Below are positions 1 through 18,081 of a stretch of DNA of 64,000 bases, in pieces. The notes under the pieces are model-generated. The model saw only the letters and a list, made by a program, of their open reading frames with translations, was not told the DNA's origin and ran no database searches. The stretch is taken from assembly GCF_000150275.1 (NCBI RefSeq), contig NW_002060956.1, positions 248,001-312,000 on the forward strand, given 5' to 3'. Numbering within the stretch: position 1 is the stretch's first letter; every line of letters begins with the position of its first letter. The position numbers and the translations under genes were made by a program. Origin of the DNA: Trichoplax adhaerens. Taxonomy: Eukaryota > Animalia > Placozoa.

Positions 1-410
1 CGCCTTTATCCAGGCAAACTAGGACAGAATATACCTAATCGTGCATGATCTTAGCGACATGATTAATCTACCTAAGGAGTGCTAACAACACACTAGTATT
101 TCCAAATCGGCTATTCGCTTGGTTTGGTTGGTTTATACGGCTGCCGACAGCTTTTTGGACTATTCGCCCATCACCAGCCTTTACCCCATTTCGTTTCCCC
201 ACTTTTCATACTGTACACAGTAGACTCGAGTCTACTGTACTACGTCTAGCTCACGATTCTCAGCCCATAGTACAGTATGTACTGTAGTAGTCGTTGACCC
301 CCTCCCCCTCCCCCCCCCGGTCAGGATGTTACAGTACGTCGACATTTGAGTGCATAGTATTGTACATTGTACACTGTACACTGTACAGTTGGACTGGTGA
401 CGACGGTGAG

Positions 411-440
411 GACCCAACTAGACCCAACTAGACCCAACCA
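411..440. repeat. 10 bp tandem repeat x3 (GACCCAACTA)
   Basis: gacccaacta gacccaacta gacccaacca, upstream of NEK11. Confidence 0.85.
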
Positions 441-1270
441 GCCTCCAGAGAAACGACGTGGATTTGACGAACTGGTCCAGTGGCTCAAATTTCACTCTGC
501 TAGTGAAAAAAAGCAAATGCAAAATTGATCTTGCAACGCCGAACTGATTGCTCCTTTTAGCCTCTTTTCACCGCCAATACACAAACCAATTACGGTCAAC
601 AATTCCATTGAGGATATTGCAGCTGGTAGGTCAAATTAGTCGTTGTTTGCATGTCAAATCCATCCGTATGTAGAGGATATCGATCACTGCAAGAAGTCGC
701 CTAGTCAGATGGACGTACTGTACTATACCGTAGACGTACCGAATACCATGACAACTGGATCACCAATGAGCTTATTCCAACAGCTATCCATCTCATAATC
801 GTTATAGGAAATTCTTCACTTAATTTACACCTTTCTACAAGAGTTAATTAGACAACAATAATTCATATTACAAGAGTTTATAAGCATAGGCAAACAATAC
901 TGTAGAGTATCGTCGATACGGAGGTAAAACAACGACGTTATTATTTCTAGGATAGCAATTAGTAACGGTATGAAAAGATCATTTTTCCTTCAACTTGGCT
1001 AGGAATGGATAAATTAATAAGGCAAAAATTTTATCTTTTATAGCTCTTTGCAGTATTATAAAATATCTATACAAGATAAACAAGCAAGAAACAAAATAAA
1101 AGTGTACAATTGATTAAACGGTATATCAGGAGGATACAATCCATCAAATAATAACTCTATTTTTTCCACACTAAGCGCTCTCCTTCTAACACATTATAGA
1201 TAGATTGGAAGTCCATCTTTTCACTATTCTTTGGAAATGGTGCATGTATCTAAAGTCCTGAAAAATAAAA

Positions 1271-7113
<5,843 letters not shown>

Positions 7114-8422
7114 CTACAAATTTTAGCTATATGTACAATATTGATTAGTGATTATACCCATTTCTTTACAATTTTAATAATGCTATTTCTTTCTTATTTC
7201 TAAAATGGAGGATGCATATACGTATATATTGGTAGCTATGCTATGATCATACTAGATTGTAAATATTGAAACAGTATTTCATTATACTGTTTTCCTTTTC
7301 ATGAGCAGTATATTTGAGTCGGCCAATTTCAGTTAATAGATACTTATCTAATGATACGGCTTAATAAACACCTATGCTTATTTAATTAATGAACTCTTCA
7401 GATTGTATATCGAATATAATCCAACTGAAAGAAAACTGTCGCCGTCTATTTTTTAACATTTATGTACGTTTTAACTATGATCTGATTAGCTGCTGTAATC
7501 GATGGTACGATATTTTTATTATCTTGCTGTACTGTACAAATTTACGTATAACTAAAATTGATAGATTGCTTATATATTATATGCATTTCAAGTATAAATA
7601 AAAATAAAGTTATCTTTGTAAAATAAGTGGAATAGTAAACGGAGGTTAACCGTTTATCGTTAATAAATCACACAATCTACGTACGTATTTTAAAATTTTT
7701 AAAAGGTATTTTAACGTTATGCTTGTACGGTACTGTATTATGTATATTATACGCCTGATGTATCGCAAAATAGTCAAAGATCAACACTTGATATAATTAC
7801 TCTATGACTATACAAATGAAAGTAATTATTCTTATTGATGCATCATATTTATTTGGTTTTACTGCAGCTATTTATTGAACATAAATGTTCAAACTGATAA
7901 ATTAGTCCTAAATTATAATCTTATATAATTAACGCATACTGCCTTAAGCTATACTGGTATAATATTTCCGTTGATCAAAAATAGCTTTTCATATTTTCTT
8001 AAAGATTCTGTTATAGAATATTATCGTATATAGCGCTACACTTCTACCAATCCCTTTAATTCCAAGTTTATAATTAATTTATAGATTGAGATTTACACTA
8101 ATAAGAAATTACTGGAAATCATAGAATAAAACCGAAGCTCATGCGATAAATAAGCGGGCTTATTGTGTATGAACACGGTGAATACAGGATCACTATAAAG
8201 GCAAATTCCCTACACCCATACATCCAACAATGAATTGCATGTAATTAATGCGCTTCAATTATAGAGAAACATTAAAATTTATACAGGAATAATTAATCAA
8301 ATTAATAATATCCTGCTCGGAACATCATATTTAAATAGCTATAATCAGCGGCACCGAGTGTACTTAGATTCTAATTACAGCAGTATCAAACATTAAAAAT
8401 AATTATCATTTTCTCAATATGA

Positions 8423-11341
8423 CTAATCTGCATTTGTAATATTGTTGTTAGAGGCCTGAGATGGACATTCAAAGTAAGTACAGTGAAAAACCTGTATAAA
8501 AGGGTAGATGAAGTTTTATTAATTAGATCTGATAAAAATAGGAATAAATTAACTGGATTGTTCGATGAAGCAATGTATATCATCAGTGCGATATCAAGAT
8601 AAAACTTACATCATTAACAGAGTTTTTCGTTCCGACAATTTTAATAAAGGAAACAGGTTTAGTGTCAAATTGTAACTCCTGCCACGAGCTTTTAGGTAAG
8701 ATAATTAAATAAATCAAATTTTTGTAGTAATGTCTCGAATACGAAAGATTATATTATTAAAGTAATCAATACTGCGCTTTGTAAACGAGAAAATATCATA
8801 CCGGCATTGAGTGCCTTTTTGATCCTTTATACGGATCCAGTCTTCCTGATTTACGGATATCTCGACATAATAACTATACCAACGATCGTCTAAGTCCCAT
8901 AATAGAAATCTAAAACCAAAAATTATCGCTTTTTAATCTCATACTATTATAAGCCGAAAGATTTTAATGCATCATAACCAATACGATTTTTTAAAAGAGA
9001 ATGAATGATTACAAATGCCCTAAATCTTACCGTAGAGAATTAATTAAATATGGTTGCCCAAGTTGTATAACAATGCCGCAAGGACATCCGTTTATCTGAT
9101 GACATACATAACCGCAGTCCCAGTCATAGTCTTCAGAGAAAGCGCCACTTAAAAATTTGTTATTGGATCGATTAACGCCTTGTATCAGAGCTGCACCTTT
9201 GTCGTGTACGGCAATATTAGTGTTTGGTACTGTAATTAAAGAAAAATTTTAGCAATCAGATCCATACTGTAAAATACGCTTTCGCTTAGCGTTATTTACA
9301 ACAATACTTTTATATTAAATCCGAATATCCTTGTAAATTAACTAATTGTATTCACAAACCCATTAATCCATTCATATATTCACGTATTGGCCATGATAGT
9401 TTATTTAAATAACATTCAAATGACATGACACAAAATCTTCGGTTAATAATATTTCTGCTTCCAATAACTCGAATATATCTAAAAATCAAATGATATATAT
9501 TAAGTTATTGTTAAATCTATTTATCTTTCAATTTCAGTACAATACTACAATTTTCATTTAAATATACGTTTACCTTACAACAGTAGGACGAAACATCAAG
9601 TGTTGCCACGAACGACAATAATAACCACGATAATCGATGATTTCTCTCCAATTTATATTATCAGTTGAAACTTTAATGTAATAAGAATTTGATGGGCTCT
9701 CTTTATCCATCAAAAGCATACGAATCATATTAACGATATATTCACGTCCTAGAGTAATTAATACGCCACCGTGGTCATCTTTTAAATCAATGTCATGATA
9801 ACCTATACCATTTTGCCAATCATAACTTATTGAAATTTCTGATGGATCACGCTGATTTTCAGCTAAAATAGTAGCACCCAAAGATTTGGCGGCAACATTA
9901 TTATCTTGAACTATAATTCGATGACATTTAGTTTTGATCGTTAAAGATTATTTATTAAAAGCATCAATAAAATTAATTTTATTACGAAAGTTTACCCACC
10001 GGAATACCCTCTAGGTGTTGATTCCAAATAATTATTAACATCAATATCCTGTATAGTATCAAGGATAATTTCTGGCGAGATCAATTTTGTCTCACGAACG
10101 ACAAGCAAAAGATCGCGTCGATTAATAAGATGTAATCTGATGCAGGGTATTACCTATAAGAGATTGCACAAGAATTAAAAATAACGTTAAACTAGCTAGC
10201 TTTAATTATTGTAATATAACTATGTTAAGTTTCAGTATCTATAAACCTTCAAGATGTGTATAATCATGAACTTTTATCCAATTTACTTTGTAGAATGTAA
10301 GACACAGTTTACTTGAGCAAGGTTGTAACGTACGTTATTTAACTATTAACTTTAAGACCTCAATTAATCTCTCGTCAAATTCTTAAATCTCAGGATACCA
10401 CGATAACAATAAGCAATTTGTATTCTTGTAGACAATCAACGCTATATTCTACTTGTACAGTAAATAACTTTGTCACTGTACGAGAGGATACGACTTACAA
10501 TGTTATAATTGTAAGTACGTACTGTATATGTCACTTGTAGCTTTAGACTTAGTTAATATTATGCCCTCAATTCATATCGACTGGTTTGAAGTGATGTAGT
10601 AAAGTAATATAACTCATTTTATTTCTTTAAGGAATGAGTGTTATAAAACGCGTTGTTTTACACAATTAGTAAATAATTATTATTTTTACTTACATCCTCT
10701 TTATCTATTTCAGGATTTGCATTTAGCCATTGTGCCACAGAATTAAAAATGACAATTTCTTGTGTAAAAAAAGAATCTCTGGATAGCAGATCTACTAACG
10801 ATGACTTGGAAAGGGTAAGGAATCCATCGGATTTCAAGACATCCTCAGCGTTAGCGTCAGCAAATTGTAGGCATTGTTGGCGTAGTGATGGAATCTCGTA
10901 TAAGCCGGCAATTTCGAAAATATCGCAAGCATTCTTACCGTTTAATATCGAAGCTAGATATTTACAAATGGCTTCTTGCAACAATTCGAAGCAGTACTGA
11001 TGAGCTACGGCTAAAAGATCGATTATTTCATCTTGACTGAATAAAACCAAATCCAGACCACCACTGTAAGTATAGGTTAACAACCGATCGAAAGCTTGAC
11101 TTTTAATACCATGTAACCTAATCTCACTACTTGATTGAGACTCTTTCATGCCGTTAAAGAATAAGGCTTTAAAATAATTGGACCGACATGCTAAGATGGC
11201 TTTATGACACGAAAATCGGTGCTCTTCAACGACGATAGTGATATCGGTAAATTCACCACTATCCATAAGATTTTTCAGATCGTCAGCTAGCGATCGAATA
11301 TGGCAAATTTCTGATACCGATCCAGTAGATATTTCGCACAT
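8423..11341 (-). CDS. BTBD9: BTB/POZ-BACK protein with two F5/8-like domains (BTBD9)
   Basis: MCEIS...EICHIRSLADDL...HKAILACRSNYFKALFFNGMKES (BTB), BACK, then CRSWQ and IVIQLGQPYLINSLRFLLWDLDDR, ending VFHCTYFECP...AD*. Introns are canonical. Confidence 0.9.
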
Positions 11342-11459
11342 GTTTTCTTTCTTGTACTGCTGTACGTACGGCCACAGTCGATGTAGAGTAGTAGAGTGCA
11401 GTTTCAAAGATATCAAGTTAGTGTTAAGTTGGTGATTGCTCCGGCAAGGACACACTAGA

Positions 11460-12400
11460 TGGAGTTTCCGATACGACAGGGAAAATGGATCACAATTTGC
11501 ACATTACTACAGTAATTTTCTATCTATTCAAGAGAATAGCAAAATCTCTTACCCTACAAGACTTAATTGTTACGCCCTTGATTTGGAAAGTTCTTCAATA
11601 AACGAAAGTATTGATTTCTGCTAGCAATGATAAGCACACCGTAGTCTGTGAAATTTTGGATAAGAAAGTCGAAATGGATTGCAATATTCACACTATTACA
11701 GCGATTTTTCTATCTACTCAAGAGAATGGCATAATCACTTACCCTACAAGACTGAATTCTTGCGCTCTTGATTTGGAAAAGTTCTACACTGGCAATTATA
11801 GCAGAAAATAGTGTATTGATTTCTGCCAACAATGATAACCACACTATTCGTATGGTCTGTGAAATTGTGAGTAAGACAGTCGAAATGGATCGCAATTTGC
11901 ACTCTACTACAGCGATTTTTCTATCTAGTCAAGAGAATAGCATAATCATTTACCCTACAAGACTGAATTCTTGCGCTCTTGATTTGGAAAAGTTCTACAC
12001 TGGCAATTATAGCAGAAAATAGTGTGTTGATTTCTGCCAACAATAATAAACACACTACTCGTATGGTCTGTGAAATTTCGATACGACGAGGAAAATGCAT
12101 CATAATTTGTACATTACTACAGTAGCTTTTTCCCTCTATTCAAGAGAACAACATAATTACTTACCCTACAAGATTTAATCGTTGCGTTCTTCACTGGCAA
12201 TTCCAGCGGAAAATATGAATTTCTGCCCAGCTATGATAAACACTCACTGTGGTCTGAAATTTTCGATATGACAGGCAAAATACATCACAATTTGCACGTT
12301 ACTATAGTAATTTTTCCATCTATTCAAGAGAAAAGCCCAATCCTTTACCCTACAAGACTTCTTTCTTGTGCTCTTGATGAGGAAAACTTCTTCACCGGTG
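11460..12400. repeat. Tandem array A, 5 copies of a 184-211 bp unit
   Basis: Anchor ACCCTACAAGA at 11551, 11741, 11952, 12163, 12347 (spacings 190, 211, 211, 184). Confidence 0.92.
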
Positions 12401-12659
12401 ATTATAAATGGAAGAAATGATAATTAAATTCAACATTTTGAGCAATGTTGTTATTGGGGCTAGGCAGCGATTTCTGAATGGATGATTGCAGCCACTGACA
12501 GCCACGACTGACTGACTGTCAGTGTTATACTGTTCTACTATACTGTGCTGTAGTGTGCAGCACGGTATCGGACAAAGGGCCAGAAAGACGCTCCGAGAAA
12601 GACTTGTTCAGTATGAGAAGACACCAATTCAAGATGTCGGAAGACGATCATGCCAACCA

Positions 12660-14660
12660 AGGATGGGATAGTATAGAAATATTAGCCGGAAATGACGTAT
12701 AATGCACAAGAATTTAGAAATGGAGATTTTCTAGGGTAGAATGGCGGGAAAGTAAAAATATGAATTAAAAGCAATCTTCAATCGAGTATAATTTGCAATG
12801 GGAAGTTTTTCCTGACTGGGATAGTGTAGAAATGAATGAAAATGGCGAATAGTATTATTGAGGATAATTTGGAACGGTTGATTTTCTACGGTAGAATGGC
12901 GGAAAGCGTAAAATATGAATGAAAAGCAATCTTCAATCGAGTATAATTTGCAATGGGAAGTTTTTCCTGACTGGGATAATGTAAAAATGATGAACAATAT
13001 AATTGAGGATAATTTGGAACGGTTGATTTCCTATGGTAGAAAATGGCGGAAAGCGTAAAATATGAATTAAAAGCTATAATTTGGAAAGGGAAATTTTTCC
13101 TGACTGGGATGGTATAGAAATGAATGAAAATGGCGAATAATATAATTGAGGATAATTTGGAACGGTTGATTTCCTATGATAGAATGGCGGAAAGCGTAAA
13201 ATATGAATTAAAAGCAATATTCAATCGAGTATAATTTGGAATGGGAAATTTTTCCTGACTGGGATAGTGTAGAAATGAATGAAAATGACGAATAATATAA
13301 TTGAGGATAATTTGGAACGGTTGATTTTCTACAGTAGAATGGCGAAAAGCGTATAATATGAATTAAAAGCAATCTTCAATCGAGTATAATTTGGAAAATG
13401 AAATTTTTCCTGACTGGGATAGTGTAGAAATGAATGAAAATGACGATAACTTGGAGATTTCCTGACTAGAGATAGTGTAAAAATAGCAACTGGAAATGAC
13501 GAAGAATGAAATAGAATTACAAATTGAGACTTTTTCTGATTGGGATAGTGTAAAAATACGAACTGAAAATACCCATAAATCGCGTATAATTTGGAAATGG
13601 AGATTTTTCCTGACTGGACATTCCAATAGTGTAAAATGATGAACTAGAAATGACCAATAATCGGATATAACTTGAAATTAAAAGATTTTTCCAGTGTAGG
13701 ATAGTTAAAATAAACAGGAATAATTTCCTAGAAATCACCAAGAATCGAGTATAACTTGAAAATGGAGATTTTTCTAGAGTACGATCGTGCCAAATTAAAT
13801 AGAAACTGGAATTATCCAAGAATCGAATATAATTAATTTAGAAATGGAGACTTTTCCTGACTTGGATAGTGTAAAAATATGAAGGGAAAATTATCTTGAA
13901 TCGAGTATCATTTGGAAATGGCGATTTTTCTTAGCTGGAATCGGTAAAAGTATGAACTGAAAAGGATGAAGAAGCGAGTATAATTCGAAAATGGCAATTT
14001 CTCAGAGTAGGATAGTATCGAAATAAATAGGAAGTGTAAATGACGAAGAAATCGGGTGTAGCATGGAAATTAACCATAAACGACGTATAATCCAATATCA
14101 ATTTGGAAATAACGATTTTTCAGTTTCAGTGGGTATCAAATGGCCTCTGTATCACATATTTATGTTAACTGAAAACCAAGTATAACTTAGGAATGGATGA
14201 TTTTTCAGTTTTAGTCGGCATCAATGGCTCTTTGTGTCATATTATGATTAAATGTAGCAACATATTGTGTCTAGTGTTCAATATTAGCTGGAAATGGCGT
14301 GCCAGAATAATCGAATAGAGCTTGCAAATAGATTATCCAGAGTGAGGTAGCATAAAAATATTGCTGGAAGCAACTTCAGTAATTGACTATAAAAAAAATG
14401 GCAATTTTCCAATTGCAGTGAGGTAATATGTCATATGTAATTTATTCATATAGATTGATTAAAAATGACGTATCAATTGTATGATAGAAGAGGGATTTGG
14501 AAATGACAATTTCCAGTTGGGGTAGGTATCAATGGCTCTCTGTAAGAATCGACTTCTATTAGTAGTTTCTACTAAATGAAAACGACATACTGTATCATGC
14601 AGTCAATCTTTGAAAATGTTGATTTTCTAGTTTCAGCGGGCATCAATGGCTCTCCGTGAT
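12660..14660. repeat. Tandem array B: ~75 bp monomer, ~155 bp dimeric higher-order unit at the left, decaying rightwards
   Basis: Anchor CCTGACTGGGATA at 12811, 12967, 13099, 13254, 13409. Monomer variants every ~74-82 bp from 13535 to 14001. Degenerate GG(T/C)ATCAATGGCTCT-type units continue to ~14650. Confidence 0.88.
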
Positions 14661-17600
14661 ATTGATAATATTAAAGCCTTTAAAAGTGCTTGAAACGATG
14701 AAGAAAATTGCCCTTTTAGGCCTTCTCACGAGCAAAGAGTGGTACTCGAAATACCCAAGTCCAAACTGATTTACTATAAAACCGTATTTTACCAGCTTGA
14801 ATCATTTGAGCACATTTTATGAAGAGTTTTTCATTCATTGCATTCATTCAACTCGGTATCCATTTTGTTTTTTTAATATGGGAGGAGGAAGAGAACATTG
14901 AAAGCTAGGCACCAGCCAACGGTAGTTCTACAGATTACGGTACTCAATTTTCCCCCAAAGTCCTTTTACTTTCGTTATACGGTAGTTATTCTATAGCGTG
15001 CCACTTTAATATAGATCTAATCTTCCACGACACCATTAGTTTTATTCAATTTAACAAACACATGCAGTCCAAACAATATTTCATTCTCGAAATCTTTTTT
15101 ATTCATCGTATACATTGTCGTTGAAGATTCATCAATTTCCTCTCGTTCGATGATCCAATGGAATATTGCTATATAAAGATTTCTTTCAATATTTTTTAAT
15201 CATTCATTATTGAAAGCCTTAACTTTTATGCACGTGCAAAACTAAAATTCTCACTGAACTTGACTAGTAATAAAAGAATAAAGAAAAAATAGGGAAGGCA
15301 AATAGAGTGCATCACATTAGCAACAGGATATTCAGATGTATACTAACATAGTTCTACTTAACTCACTGTAAAAAGGAAACATCGGCCTTGTAGAGTATTG
15401 TCAGAGCTAGGATGTTCTGTACTACATATCGTAAGATAACTCTTCTTAAGTTGATCTCTGTAAAAGAAATGGAAATATCGTCGTAGTAGCACATTTTTCA
15501 GTAAGATAGAGTAAAATAATTCTAGAGATTACTACTGGAAAAAAAAATGTAAAACATCTGGTTTATTAATCCACTAAAATGTCGTTAAATGTTGATTTAT
15601 AGTCTATTCGATAAGCTACGATAACGGCTATAAAAAATCATATCTCTCTATAAGCAGCCTCTATAGAATTAATAAAATTTCCAATTTTTAATACAAATTT
15701 TTAAACTCTTTGATCTCCACAGCCGCTAATAGAATGTAATAGGTTAGCGGAAGTCCATTCTGTTTTTAGTATTTAAGATGGCTTTATTGAACTCAACTTG
15801 ATCACTAATTAATATAAAATAAATCATACATCAGTTTAGTATAATGAGATGGAGAAAAATGATACCATGAGTGAGCGATTGGAATAAAATTTCAAAGCCT
15901 CGCCTCAATCAATGTTATTCATTAACAAGATTTCTATAACTAATTCTACGATATTTTCTACCCAAGAATTATAAACAAAAGTTTAGATTCTTAGTGGAGG
16001 ACACTAAATAAGACAGTAATTGTCTTTAATTACAAAAATAAATTCGACTAATTTTTATTTAGTGATCCATTACTCTATTAATTCCAAACTGTAACATTTA
16101 CTTATTACGAAAGATTCGGAATAAAATTTGACTGAATAAACAATCATAAAGATACATGTAATAAAAGTCTTCAAATTCCTGCGTGAGGGTTAGACTTGAA
16201 TATTTTATTAATATAGCTTCCATTCAGCTAGAATAGGAGAATAGTAAGAATTAGTAATCAAGACTGTACTAATTCTAAAATATTCGCTTGTTATTAAAGG
16301 CTCTAAATAGACTTTGATGGAATAATTAAATACAATTACACATAAGATCTATCATATATAGACACATTGATAAAGTATTCAAATTTTCTGTACATAGATT
16401 AGAGTTAAAAAAAGATTTTGTTAATGTGGATTTCATTTTAGCGAGAATGAGTGATCTGATTTAAAGTAAGCTTGAGTAATACAGGCATGGTGCTAGTGCG
16501 AAATATTTCAAGGCGATACTCATAATAATACTTATATAGCGACGGATGTATATAGCTCTATCGTTAAAACTAAAATCCACGCATTTCCATCTTCGTGTCT
16601 ATAATGTATAAGCTGGAATGTGCCTTCCTTTTACCGAATAAATCTTGGTCATTATCTAATTAGATAGGTTAGCTTAAGCCCTAAATTTAAAATACAGATA
16701 ATTCTGATATTTCATACTGTATAATTCTGCCTTTAAAGAAATTGTATCAGTCCACTGCAAGGGCGACTAATTATATAAAATTATACCATTGATTGATTAA
16801 TCTTTTGCAAGCTTACTTTTAATGAATAGTGTTTATTAGCAGAAATATCCATATTAACAACAAAAAATACGGACCACAATTATACTAATACGAGACAATC
16901 ATGTTTTTGAAAGTATTTATAATTATGATTCTTAGAATTACTGTAATTTAAAAATAGTTTACTGTTTTTCTTAATAGGAATGACGATTTGATTGGTTATA
17001 CTCGTACAGACAGCTTAATTGTTATCGCATCGACATTGATTGACAGTTAATAAACGTAAATTGATTCTCAGACTGCACAAAATTAAATTAATTTTTCTTG
17101 GCAATAAATGCAAGGGTGACGATAACCAAACAGGCCTGGCGTTAAAGCATCTACAATTTTGTCAATTTACCTGATCATTTTTTGATGGTTTAATTGTATT
17201 ACAACGATGACATTCGTCACGTATTTAATTAAAAATCAGAAACTCAATAACAATTTTGAATTCGAATTTCCTTATTGGTGCTCATATGATTATTTTTGAT
17301 TACCTTAAGATCATCATCGCAAGATAAATAAGTATAAATCTGTTATATTGTGCATCTAAGGGTAATTTTATAAAATTAGTGAAAGTTTCAACAAGGTTCA
17401 CGCTAAAAGAAGGATAGCAAAAACCTGCATCATGTTAAATCAGTAGCATTTTTTCTCGGGTAACTCTTCCTGTGTCCAACAGAATTACAATTTATGGCAC
17501 TTTACAATATAATCGATGGTGAACGATGTACTGTATATTTATTATAAATGTAATAAGACATACTAATCAGTGCTAGTAATAAAATAAAATAAATATGATT

Positions 17601-18081
17601 TTAGCCACTGTACAGTAAATAATTTGATTTTTACAAAGTACATATAGTATAATTTTTACAGTTACACAATAAAATGAAATGAATTACAGTAATATTCCTA
17701 ATAAATGACTTCTATAATCCCTGATAATTTTGAGTTACGCGTATAAACTTAAAATACAAACGTCATTACTCTTGACTGCTTACGATTGCGGAGTAATAAA
17801 AACTTAGCAATTAAAAGTTTTTCACTAGGGTCAACTCTTAATACAAATCTTTAGCCCTCAGTACTAAGATACATATACATACAGAAGTGTAAAAACATGC
17901 TCTTTACAGTAAAACGGAATCAGTAAACTTTCTCTGGTCTGATCAACAAACGTATAACTGATGATAATACAAATTGGAAATATGTGAAAATGTTTGTATG
18001 ATATTAATCTTTCGCTCATCTTAAATAATATGCGTAATCGTAAGTGCTTTAGGCATTGCATATCGTACTGTTACTTTTAAA

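Noticed and set aside
10749-11000. Antisense ORFs over BTBD9, WRNIP1, GPCR, DECR1, HIBCH and KCC exons
   Set aside because: Shadow ORFs on the opposite strand of real coding exons.
11436-13819. Repeating short ORFs (YPTRLNSCALDLE, TLSQSGK) suggesting a repeat protein
   Set aside because: Unit lengths are not multiples of three, and frames shift and stop between copies.
11460-14660. CRISPR-like array
   Set aside because: The whole unit repeats with no unique spacers, the context is eukaryotic, and there are no cas genes.
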